Shown here piece by piece: positions 38,024 through 45,475 of a stretch of DNA of 64,000 nucleotides (its first letter is position 1; every line of letters starts with the position of its first letter). The stretch is taken from sequence record ON529850.1; one strand, 5' to 3'. A model generated the notes under the pieces. That model was not told where the DNA came from. It did not search any database and saw only the letters and a program-made list of their open reading frames with translations. Position numbers and translations under genes: made by a program.

Positions 38024-38485
38024 TCAATCGCGGAAATCATCCGCGTTCGGGTCCCGGTAGTAATAGTGGAACGTGCCGTCGACGATGATCCGCCAATATC
38101 CATTTTGCGCGCCGTCGAAGGGCGTCTTAACATTGGACACCAGCATCTTCAGATAGCCATCCGGCTCGACCATCCACTCACGACGATTGAAACGGGCGCG
38201 CAGGTAATCAGCGGCGCGCAGTCCAGGACCGTCTCCGGTCTTTTCAGGCACCAGGATGTCAAACTGATAAATGCCGACCGTCAGCTCGAACCCGCGTCGT
38301 CCGCCCAGCTCTGCTTGACGAGACCCGCCCGTCTTATACCAGAAGGAGGCGTACATCTCCTTGTTGGGCGGCTTCTTGAACTCGGAGTTCGGCATCTCAA
38401 TCCGCCCTGCCAGGCCGGCAGCGTTTGCGGCCGCCAGCGCTTTGGACGTCAGGACGCGGCGAAGACTGTCAAACGGGTTCATCAT
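38024..38485 (-). CDS. Tail terminator / tail completion protein
   Basis: Position before the tail tube gene; G.YQFDILVP..TG.G motif. Confidence 0.72.
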   Translation of the reverse strand: MMNPFDSLRRVLTSKALAAANAAGLAGRIEMPNSEFKKPPNKEMYASFWYKTGGSRQAELGGRRGFELTVGIYQFDILVPEKTGDGPGLRAADYLRARFNRREWMVEPDGYLKMLVSNVKTPFDGAQNGYWRIIVDGTFHYYYRDPNADDFRD

Positions 38486-38554
38486 CCGCTCCTTGTAGAA
38501 GCGACGCCATAACCCAAAGCGGCGTCAGCGGGAATAGGTGAAAAGCGAAGAAAA

Positions 38555-39052
38555 TCAAAGAATGCCGGCCTGGACCTCGGCCACAGCAAGGCGCACGATC
38601 CCCTTGGAAGAGTTGACACGCGAGGATTGCGGCGTGGGCAGCTTGCCGTATTCAAGCGCAACGGCCGAATCAGACGTGTTGGTCAGGAAGATGTCCTGGG
38701 GCTTCTTGGCCCGCAGAGCACCCGCCAGGGATCGACGCGGGCGTTCCTCGTTGATTTTGCGGCGCGGTTCGGCGCCCAGAGGCATCGTGCTCGTAGGACC
38801 GGGATCAATCCCCTGGCCGCGTGGTTCTTCATGCCGGGTGTCGGGAGATCGCGTCGACCAGCGCCAGTTCAGGATGGTATCACCCTCCCACACCGGCGTA
38901 TTGGCGAGGATTTTCTCGTTCAGCGCGATGAGGATTTCGTTAGACTTGTTGCCGAAGGCGTCCTCAGCCTGGGCGAAGAAGTTCTCAAACGCCTGCTTGA
39001 AGGGATTGTTGATCTGGATCGCCAGCTTGGAGCCGGAACGCGAAAACGCCAT
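38555..39052 (-). CDS. Neck protein (HK97 gp10-like)
   Basis: TPVW.G....NW, IFLTN...A..LEYG motifs. Confidence 0.75.
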   Translation of the reverse strand: MAFSRSGSKLAIQINNPFKQAFENFFAQAEDAFGNKSNEILIALNEKILANTPVWEGDTILNWRWSTRSPDTRHEEPRGQGIDPGPTSTMPLGAEPRRKINEERPRRSLAGALRAKKPQDIFLTNTSDSAVALEYGKLPTPQSSRVNSSKGIVRLAVAEVQAGIL

Positions 39053-39055
39053 GGT

Positions 39056-39424
39056 TCACGACAGCCGGCACTGAAGCATGCCCAGCTGCTCGCTGGGCTC
39101 GCCCAGGACGCGCACGATTTCCCATTCGCGCCCCTTGTTGTCGATGACGGTATCGTCCTCCGAGGGCTCTCGGCCCAGGTCTTCCATCGGGAAAAGCACC
39201 TTGACGTCTTTGGCGGCGATCTTGGGATCGCGGTCCATTTCCTTGACGGTGAAACGGGTGAAGGCCACCAGAGGCAGATCAATCAACTGCGACGGAGTCG
39301 ACGAAGTGCCCGTCTCGGGATCGTAGACCGAATCGCTCGTCTTGACCTTGTATGTCGCCTTGACTGGAATGTCGCCCAGCGCCAGGAAGGCCTGGCGGAT
39401 CGCGCGACGAAGGATCGCCCGCAT
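39056..39424 (-). CDS. Head closure / head-tail joining protein
   Basis: YDP.TG motif; position in the head-tail block. Confidence 0.7.
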   Translation of the reverse strand: MRAILRRAIRQAFLALGDIPVKATYKVKTSDSVYDPETGTSSTPSQLIDLPLVAFTRFTVKEMDRDPKIAAKDVKVLFPMEDLGREPSEDDTVIDNKGREWEIVRVLGEPSEQLGMLQCRLS

Positions 39425-39430
39425 GTGTCG

Positions 39431-39973
39431 CTACGTCCGGATGATGCGCTTGAACCCAGGCCGACGTCCCGATTGCACGTCCCCCAGATCGCCCAGCATC
39501 GCCATGATGTATTCCGGCATGACCCCGCCGGAGGAAGACATCTGGGCGTCGTCTTTGAACTTGACCTCGATCACATCGACCTTGATTTCGCTGATCTCGC
39601 CCGAACCGCCAGCCCCACCGCCGGGCTGGGTCCAGTCGGCGCGCATCAGATAGACGGCGAACTCAGCCGTCGCTTCTTGCAGGATGCGCGGGATGACGTT
39701 GTCGGGGATGGGCGCGCCGTCCAGATAGACGCCGGCGCGGGGCCAGGCGAGGCCGGAATCGTGATGGGTGCGCGTCCCATGCCACTTGAAACGAACGTCG
39801 AGGACCTTGGAAGCCCGAGCCAGCAGTCGCTGCTTGTCCTCCTCCTCCTGATCCAGCCATTCCGCAGAGGCGTGCGTGTTCGCTTCGATGTAGTCGTCAG
39901 CGAACGCGATCGTCGTATAGGAATTGGCGTCGGGACGGCCTAGACCGTCCTCGACCACAAAGGTGAAGGCCAT
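39431..39973 (-). CDS. Head-tail adaptor (DnaT-like family)
   Basis: VEDG.G..DANSY, L.WPR, A.AE.A, EIKVDVIEV.F motifs. Confidence 0.8.
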   Translation of the reverse strand: MAFTFVVEDGLGRPDANSYTTIAFADDYIEANTHASAEWLDQEEEDKQRLLARASKVLDVRFKWHGTRTHHDSGLAWPRAGVYLDGAPIPDNVIPRILQEATAEFAVYLMRADWTQPGGGAGGSGEISEIKVDVIEVKFKDDAQMSSSGGVMPEYIMAMLGDLGDVQSGRRPGFKRIIRT

Positions 39974-40023
39974 TTCGGCTCAGGCTCCAGGTCTTTTAGT
40001 CACATTTTTCCAGGAAACATGAC

Positions 40024-40842
40024 TCACCGCTTATGCACGAAAGACGGCAGAGTGTCAACAATTCCGTCGGTGTCCGCCGCTGCCTGTCGAGCGCGCTTGT
40101 GCTTCGCCAGGGCGATGACCCACTTCTTCGCCAGCGGCGAACGCACGACGTCTTCTTCGGAGAATTCGATGACGTCCATGATGTCTTCGTCTTCAGCGAT
40201 GGAGACGAAGGTCTCCAGACCCGAATTGGGGATGTCGACCTGGGTATGGTCGCCGGCGATGATCATCTGCGTTCCGTTGCCGGTCCGCGTCACCAGCAGC
40301 TCCAGATCGGAGAAGGTGGCGTTCTGTGCTTCATCCAGAATCACGGCGCACTTCTCGAAGGTGCGGCCGCGCATGTATTCGAAGGGGACGATCTCGAACT
40401 TGTTTTCGGAACGCCAGAGGTCCAGCTGGGCTGCCGACACTTCGGCCCGCAGCCCTTCCAGGACGGGAATCATCCACGGCTTCATCTTGGCGTCGATGTT
40501 GCCGGGCAGGAAGCCGATCGCGTGCTCCTTCTTCGAAGCGGTCACGCGGCTGACGACGATCTTCTCGATGTCGCCCTTGATCAGACGCTGCGCAGCGATG
40601 CGGGCAGCGATATAGGTCTTACCCGTACCCGCCGGCCCGATCGCGAAGGTCGAATCGCCCTCACGCAGGATGTCGATATAATCCGCCTGGGTGGCGTTCT
40701 TCGGTTCCAGAGGCTTAGCCGATTGCCGCTGATTCTTGGCTGCCTTTTCCTGCCGGCGCTGAGCGCGGGCGGCGGCCTTGGTGATCAAGGGCGGACGCTC
40801 AAAAACGGTGCTTTCGTGCGGTTGGGTCGCGAGATCGGTCAA
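40024..40842 (-). CDS. phoH: PhoH-family ATPase
   Basis: GPAGTGKT Walker A, GFLPG....KM.PW, P.EYMRGRTF, LDEAQN, GD..Q.D, DVVRS. Confidence 0.95.
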   Translation of the reverse strand: MTDLATQPHESTVFERPPLITKAAARAQRRQEKAAKNQRQSAKPLEPKNATQADYIDILREGDSTFAIGPAGTGKTYIAARIAAQRLIKGDIEKIVVSRVTASKKEHAIGFLPGNIDAKMKPWMIPVLEGLRAEVSAAQLDLWRSENKFEIVPFEYMRGRTFEKCAVILDEAQNATFSDLELLVTRTGNGTQMIIAGDHTQVDIPNSGLETFVSIAEDEDIMDVIEFSEEDVVRSPLAKKWVIALAKHKRARQAAADTDGIVDTLPSFVHKR

Positions 40843-40865
40843 ACGCCTATCCGAAGTTGCGGCTG

Positions 40866-41117
40866 TTACTCAGCCTGGGCGCCTCCGTCGATGAAGACGT
40901 TGGCCTGATACTGGACCAGATCGACGCGGAACTGTTCGACCAGGTCCTGGAGAACCGCGATGTTCTGGGGAGACAAATCCGCCAGAACGACGTCGGTGAT
41001 CGCGGCGGCGCCGCGAATGAGGGTCTGGTGCCGGGCCGCCTGTTGCGGGGTCTGCGACGTGGCGTCCGCAGAAATCACAAAGGCGGGCGGAACCGAATGG
41101 GCGAGCGCAGTGTTCAT
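40866..41117 (-). CDS. Hypothetical protein
   Basis: Fits the minus-strand operon; GGAGGG upstream. Confidence 0.6.
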   Translation of the reverse strand: MNTALAHSVPPAFVISADATSQTPQQAARHQTLIRGAAAITDVVLADLSPQNIAVLQDLVEQFRVDLVQYQANVFIDGGAQAE

Positions 41118-41225
41118 GGGAAGACCCCTCCAAAGGTCAGGCGTGACACGATGGAGGAAGGCTAACCCGACATTGCTGTTCGGGCAAGACGTTCTGCGGG
41201 CTTTTTCACCCGCAGCGTGTGCCGT

Positions 41226-41648
41226 TTAACGTGCTCCTGAGATCATGGTGACGATGGCGCCCACGACAGCGGCCAGAAGCGCTGATCCGCCGGCCGTCAA
41301 GGGGCCGATGATGATTTCCATGCGGGTGAGGCGTTTTTCCAACGCCAGCTTGTTCGCGGTGAAGTCGCGCTCGACGCGATCCAGCTCATCGGCGGCGTCT
41401 TTCTCGACTCGCGCTAGACGTGTATTGGCGTCTTTCAGATCGCCTTCCAGCTTCGCCAACTTGTTGGGCTGATCCTGGGCTTCGATACGCGCCAGGCGAT
41501 CGCGCACGTCGGTGAGGTCGTCGCGGAACGAATCAAACCGCGTGTCGACCTTGTCGACCAGACGGTCCATCTTGTCGTTGAGGGAGGTGAAGAGGCGCTC
41601 GACCGTATCGCGGAAACGATCTTCAGGCGTCAGGCCGGGGCTAAGCAT
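41226..41648 (-). CDS. Coiled-coil protein with C-terminal TM helix (XhlA-like)
   Basis: Heptad-rich body and a hydrophobic C-terminus; overlaps the PAS gene stop. Confidence 0.6.
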   Translation of the reverse strand: MLSPGLTPEDRFRDTVERLFTSLNDKMDRLVDKVDTRFDSFRDDLTDVRDRLARIEAQDQPNKLAKLEGDLKDANTRLARVEKDAADELDRVERDFTANKLALEKRLTRMEIIIGPLTAGGSALLAAVVGAIVTMISGAR

Positions 41649-42141
41649 CGAGACGCACCTCGGTGATGTGGGCCAGGCCGCACACCGCGACCGCTTCCCC
41701 GTTGACCATCAAGGGCCACTTCCATCCGTAGAAAACCAGCTCCACGCCCAGCTTGTCCGGATGGGGGACAGCGCCCTGGATCGACAGGGTGCGGCGTTCA
41801 ATCACGCAGGCGAGGTCTTCAGCCTCGAACGCTCCGGCGTCCCCGGTTTCCCACAGGTCGGCGTCGGGCCGCATGACATAGTCAATGGCGCGGATGCCCG
41901 TGGCACGGGCGTAGGGGCGATTGACGTGAACCATGGCGAACGTGCCGTCGGGTCGGATCGCCTTAATCCAGGCCGGGATAGGCAGATGTTCGAAAAAGCC
42001 CGTCAGCAGCAGGCAAGGGTCCTCGGACCGGCAATCAGCGGACGCTTCTCGCAGCGTTTCCAGGAGGTTCTGAATGTCCTGGCGCGGTTTGAGCGGGATG
42101 CCCAATCCGGCGTCGGAAGGGCGGTGGTCGATGTTCGACAC
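41641..42141 (-). CDS. Stand-alone PAS-domain protein
   Basis: FFEHLP.PAWIK...G......VN..Y....G.....Y..R.D.DLW....A..F...D..........K.PL...G....VCG pattern of PAS_4 folds. Confidence 0.75.
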   Translation of the reverse strand: MSNIDHRPSDAGLGIPLKPRQDIQNLLETLREASADCRSEDPCLLLTGFFEHLPIPAWIKAIRPDGTFAMVHVNRPYARATGIRAIDYVMRPDADLWETGDAGAFEAEDLACVIERRTLSIQGAVPHPDKLGVELVFYGWKWPLMVNGEAVAVCGLAHITEVRLDA

Positions 42142-42261
42142 GGCCTTCGTCCCCGACGTTTAGCTCGTTGATAATGGCCGGGAGGCTAAGCAATTTTTGG
42201 CTTAATGTCAAGGATTTCGTCAACGATTGACAGCCAAAATATTTCTTGACGTGGTCAAAAA

Positions 42262-42290
42262 CACATCCCGACCGGGCGGGGTCCGGTCGA
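42262..42290 (-). terminator. Probable terminator of the left tRNA operon
   Basis: cgaccgg/ccggtcg stem followed on the minus strand by tgtgttttt. Confidence 0.5.
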
Positions 42291-42409
42291 GACATGCCGA
42301 CGATAGATAAGGAGGACTCCAAGGTCACGGTATAGAACCCCGCCGCGACAATGACGTCTTCCTCCACCTAGCAGGTTACTCTTCCGACTGTCAACACATT
42401 GCGTCAAAA

Positions 42410-42492
42410 TGGCGACGCGCCCCGGACTCGAACCGGGCCTCTCAACCTTCGGAGGGTTGCGCCTGACGATGATCCTGCTCGGCCTGCGCGTC
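42410..42492 (-). tRNA. tRNA-Arg(CCG) with enlarged 17-nt D-loop
   Basis: Acceptor GACGCGC/GCGCGUC, anticodon loop CUCCGAA, T-loop UUCGAGU, encoded CCA. Confidence 0.8.
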
Positions 42493-42509
42493 GTGTTTGA
42501 CAGAAAAGA

Positions 42510-42592
42510 TGGCGCCCTGGGTCTGATTCGAACAGACCTTCTCAACTCCTGCTACGGCTACTGGTTTCGTAGACCAGCCCGGTTACCAGGGC
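42510..42592 (-). tRNA. tRNA-Arg(ACG), D-armless with a 23-nt variable region
   Basis: Acceptor GCCCUGG/CCAGGGC, CUGGU-CUACGAA-ACCAG, GUCUG-UUCGAAU-CAGAC, CCA; only 8 nt where the D-arm should be. Confidence 0.7.
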
Positions 42593-42622
42593 GTGTTGAC
42601 GATCACACTTCGTCAGTATAAA

Positions 42623-42706
42623 TGGCTCTTGCGGTAGGACTCGAACCTACAAGCCTTTCGGCGCTCGCTTAACAGGCGAGTGCGGCTACCATTTCGCCAC
42701 GCAAGA
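42623..42706 (-). tRNA. tRNA-Asn(GUU) with a type II variable arm
   Basis: Loop CUGUUAA; arm GCC-GAAA-GGC; G73; CCA. Confidence 0.85.
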
Positions 42707-42718
42707 TCAAAGAAAAGT

Positions 42719-42792
42719 TGGTTCAGGGGGAAGGAATCGAACCCTCATTTGCCGGACCAAAACCGGACGTAATACCGTTATACCACCCCTGA
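42719..42792 (-). tRNA. tRNA-Gln(UUG)
   Basis: Loop UUUUGGU; UCAGGGG/CCCCUGA; CCA. Confidence 0.88.
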
Positions 42793-42799
42793 ACAATAG

Positions 42800-42874
42800 T
42801 GGTAGCGGGTGAAGGAATCGAACCTTCGCGTATCGGTGTGTGATACCGATGCCTTACCACTTGGCGAACCCGCT
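42800..42874 (-). tRNA. tRNA-Val(CAC)
   Basis: Loop AUCACAC; body similar to Val(GAC) at 43035; CCA. Confidence 0.85.
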
Positions 42875-42957
42875 ATACTGAAAGGCGTATCTCCACCTCT
42901 CAGGTCGTCTATGCACTGGATCGCATAATCCTTCGTTATGCGCTCTACAGCATAAAA

Positions 42958-43032
42958 TGGTCCTCGAACTTGGAATCGAACCAAGATCATCCGATTATCG
43001 GTCGGGTGCACTAGCCGTTGTGCTATTCGAGG
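42958..43032 (-). tRNA. tRNA-Ile(GAU), C33
   Basis: Loop CCGAUAA; CCUCGAA/UUCGAGG; CCA. Confidence 0.85.
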
Positions 43033-43034
43033 GC

Positions 43035-43109
43035 TGGTAGCGGATGCAGGAATCGCACCTGCGCATGTCGGCGTGTCATACCGATGCCTTTCTACTTGGC
43101 TAATCCGCC
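43035..43109 (-). tRNA. tRNA-Val(GAC), T-loop UGCGAUU
   Basis: Loop AUGACAC; CCA. Confidence 0.82.
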
Positions 43110-43123
43110 ACACAGGAAAGGTG

Positions 43124-43198
43124 TGGCCCACTCGGGAGCGCTCGCATCTCCGTCTCGGGGATTTCACTCCCGCGCTACTCTATCTCAGCTACGAGTGG
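43124..43198 (-). tRNA. tRNA-Phe(GAA), atypical T-arm
   Basis: Loop GUGAAAU; CCACUCG/CGAGUGG; T-loop UGCGAGC; CCA. Confidence 0.72.
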
Positions 43199-43199
43199 A

Positions 43200-43282
43200 T
43201 GGTGGGTGGTTGAGGCATCGAACCTCTCCCGTTAGGCGCGGTGTTACAGACCGCTGTCGGAGCCAACCGACTTTAACCACCC
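43200..43282 (-). tRNA. tRNA-Tyr(GUA)
   Basis: Loop CUGUAAC; variable arm present; 5-bp D-stem; CCA. Confidence 0.85.
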
Positions 43283-43336
43283 GAAATTTTATCAGTCTCC
43301 GCCAGTCATGGCGATCTCCTGGGATGTGTAAAAGAA

Positions 43337-43366
43337 AAGGCCCGCCTGGATTTCCAGGCGGGCCTT
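43337..43366 (-). terminator. Intrinsic terminator directly upstream of the left tRNA operon (attenuator)
   Basis: ggcccgcctgg/ccaggcgggcc stem followed by ttttctttt on the minus strand. Confidence 0.85.
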
Positions 43367-43393
43367 CGAAGCTTGTTGCTGACTGTCTGAGGA

Positions 43394-43489
43394 CTATCCG
43401 CCCACCAAACCTTCGCACATGCACGAACGGCCCGCCCGGTAAAACCGGACGACGCGAATGTTCTGCACGTTTTGGCGATAGGTCATCAT
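43394..43489 (-). CDS. Putative leader peptide (31 aa, leaderless)
   Basis: MMTYRQNVQNIRVVRFYRAGRSCMCEGLVGG; ATG at the predicted TSS; contains GGCGGGCC, complementary to the terminator 5' arm. Confidence 0.6.
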   Translation of the reverse strand: MMTYRQNVQNIRVVRFYRAGRSCMCEGLVGG

Positions 43490-43496
43490 GGATTTG

Positions 43497-43525
43497 CTTT
43501 TACGCGATCTCTTTTATCGTGTCAA
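43497..43525 (-). promoter_or_regulatory. sigma70-like promoter of the left tRNA operon
   Basis: TTGACA, 17 nt, TAAAAG. Confidence 0.65.
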
Positions 43526-43716
43526 CTATTTCTTGGCGTGAATCCAAGATTTTTCAAAATCGGGCTCCCAAACGCCCCAATTCCCAACAGTCGGATAGTC
43601 CCGGTAACGCCATCCGCCGCAGTGCCGGCACATCGCTTCCAGCTGGAGACGTTCTTCGGGAAAGGGCTCGCAGTTGCCCCAAACAGCGCACGCGGGATCG
43701 CCTTCTTCACCGTCCG

Positions 43717-44259
43717 TCATCCGAGACGGACGCTCCGACGATGCGACGCGAACTTCTTCAAAAGCATGGAACGCTTCAACGAGGAGACCCGATCGATGTT
43801 GCGGATTCCGTCAAGATGATCCAGCTCATGCTGGATGCAGATCGCCTTGTATCCGGACCCGTAAAGGGTCTGGCGCTCACCCTGGACGTCGCTGTATTCG
43901 ACCGTCACCTCGCGGTGGCGGCTGACGTCGAAGAAGACGCCTGGCATGGACAGGCAGCCCTCCGGAAGCGACACCATGTCGTCCGACCGATCGATGATGA
44001 CGGGATTGATCAGCACCAGCTTGGCAAGGCCCGGCAACATGCTTTGGGTCGGCAGCGGACCATTGGGAAGATCAAGCATGGTGAACATCCGCACCGGAAC
44101 GCCCACCTGAACCGCCGCCAGGCCCGCGCCGTCCGCCGTCAGCATGGTGTGCAGCATGTCGTGCGCCAGCGTGAGGAGGTCTTCATCGATCTCGGTGATT
44201 TCGGTCGAGACCTGACGCATCAACGGATCAGTGCACGGCAGGATTTGACGAAGCGCCAT
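43717..44259 (-). CDS. def: Peptide deformylase
   Basis: All three motifs: GAGLAAVQVG, EGCLS, QHELDHLDG. Confidence 0.96.
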   Translation of the reverse strand: MALRQILPCTDPLMRQVSTEITEIDEDLLTLAHDMLHTMLTADGAGLAAVQVGVPVRMFTMLDLPNGPLPTQSMLPGLAKLVLINPVIIDRSDDMVSLPEGCLSMPGVFFDVSRHREVTVEYSDVQGERQTLYGSGYKAICIQHELDHLDGIRNIDRVSSLKRSMLLKKFASHRRSVRLG

Positions 44260-44498
44260 CAGGTCAAGGTCCCCATGCCGCCGGCAGTGGTGGTGCGACC
44301 ATCCCGCCAGCGCCCCACCAGACTGACCAAATGGTCCGAGCGCATCTCCAGCTCCTCCAGGACGTCAAGCGCTTGCATCAAAGCCACGCGCGCGTCTTCC
44401 AGGCCGATGTTCTGGAGCTGGACGAGACGGCCCCCGACCATGACCTGATAGCCATGATACGGGGGCGTGCCGGCCGATGCGTTATCGGCGTCGGGCAT
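44259..44498 (-). CDS. Hypothetical protein
   Basis: Stop/start coupled to both neighbours. Confidence 0.6.
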   Translation of the reverse strand: MPDADNASAGTPPYHGYQVMVGGRLVQLQNIGLEDARVALMQALDVLEELEMRSDHLVSLVGRWRDGRTTTAGGMGTLT

Positions 44499-44788
44499 CA
44501 GACTTCACCGAGCGCCGACATATACAGGTCCAGGATGGCGTCTTCTTCCTGACGCTTGGCCTTGTCCTGCTTACGCAGGCGGATGACCTTACGCAGGATT
44601 TTGACGTCGTAGCCCTCGCCCTTGGCCTCGGCGAAGACCTCCTTCATGTCCGCCATGACGGCCTGCTTATCCTCTTCGAGTCGCTCCAGGCGCTCGATGA
44701 TGGAACGCAGACGACCCTGGGCCGAAGAGGTCAGAGCGTCGGCGTTCGTGAAGGTGGTGTCGCCGTCGGTCGTGGTGGGGTGAATCAT
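44498..44788 (-). CDS. gapR: GapR (DUF2312/UPF0335) nucleoid-associated protein
   Basis: LRSIIER.ERLEE.K....D.KEVFAEAK..GYD.KILR.VI.LRK.D...R.EE.A.LDLY..ALG. Confidence 0.93.
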   Translation of the reverse strand: MIHPTTTDGDTTFTNADALTSSAQGRLRSIIERLERLEEDKQAVMADMKEVFAEAKGEGYDVKILRKVIRLRKQDKAKRQEEDAILDLYMSALGEV

Positions 44789-44809
44789 TCTGTTCTCACA
44801 GGCGTTGCG

Positions 44810-45034
44810 TCACTGAGTGACAAGGAAATGAAGAATCGCCAGAAGATCGCGATCGACACGCGGGTCTTGCGCCTTCTGTTCGATGATGCGCAGGGCAGCC
44901 TTTCGCCGTGCGACCTGTCGGCCCACAACTATATTGCCATGCTGTTCTATGGCGTTTTCCAACTCTTCCGGGTCGACATAGGTGGAAATCGGATCGCCAT
45001 ATTTGCGGGCGCCGGGAAAGCGAAACTCAGTCAT
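44810..45034 (-). CDS. Hypothetical protein
   Basis: Start MTEFRF at 45034 with GGAGGAGG RBS. Confidence 0.6.
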   Translation of the reverse strand: MTEFRFPGARKYGDPISTYVDPEELENAIEQHGNIVVGRQVARRKAALRIIEQKAQDPRVDRDLLAILHFLVTQ

Positions 45035-45176
45035 CCGTCCCACCCTCCTCCGCCACAAATCGTCCGTCGACGAAGGCTCCGACACGGGTGACGCCGTTCA
45101 GGCGCTGAACCAGCTGCCCGTCCTCAATCCAGTAGTAGGGGATGCCCCACTCCTCATGGAAAAGAACGTCGGTCAC
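45027..45176 (-). CDS. Small hypothetical protein (49 aa)
   Basis: Not in the track. GTGA overlap with the upstream stop; TDVLFHEEWGIPYYWIEDGQLVQRLNGVTRVGAFVDGRFVAEEGGTDD. Confidence 0.6.
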   Translation of the reverse strand: MTDVLFHEEWGIPYYWIEDGQLVQRLNGVTRVGAFVDGRFVAEEGGTDD

Positions 45177-45475
45177 GCTTCACCGGGGCGTGCGGCGTAG
45201 GGCGCGAAGGTGAAGTGATTGGGCGCCGCGACCGGCGGCAGATCATCGCCCGTGATCGGGCGGATGAAAAAGCGCATCAGCGCATTGTCGACGTTCTGCC
45301 AGGACGCCGCCTTCCATTCATCGCGAGCCGCTTCCCAGGTGGGAAAGACGCCCCGAACCACGACGGCCTGCGGATTACGAAACGCCGCCTGGAACGTCTC
45401 CTTGTCTCGGGCGGGGTCCGTGACGGCCAAGTCCGCCATCTCTCCACCGTAGACAGAATAACCGCAGACGCACAT
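45173..45475 (-). CDS. DUF4170-like protein
   Basis: VYGGE...D......VV.GVFP.W.AA...W.A.....VDNA.MRFFI pattern typical of alphaproteobacteria. Confidence 0.72.
   Translation of the reverse strand: MCVCGYSVYGGEMADLAVTDPARDKETFQAAFRNPQAVVVRGVFPTWEAARDEWKAASWQNVDNALMRFFIRPITGDDLPPVAAPNHFTFAPYAARPGEA

Noticed and set aside
42035-42367. 110-aa ORF downstream of the left tRNA operon
   Set aside because: Crosses a terminator hairpin and an AT-rich promoter region and overlaps the PAS gene; no recognisable protein features.
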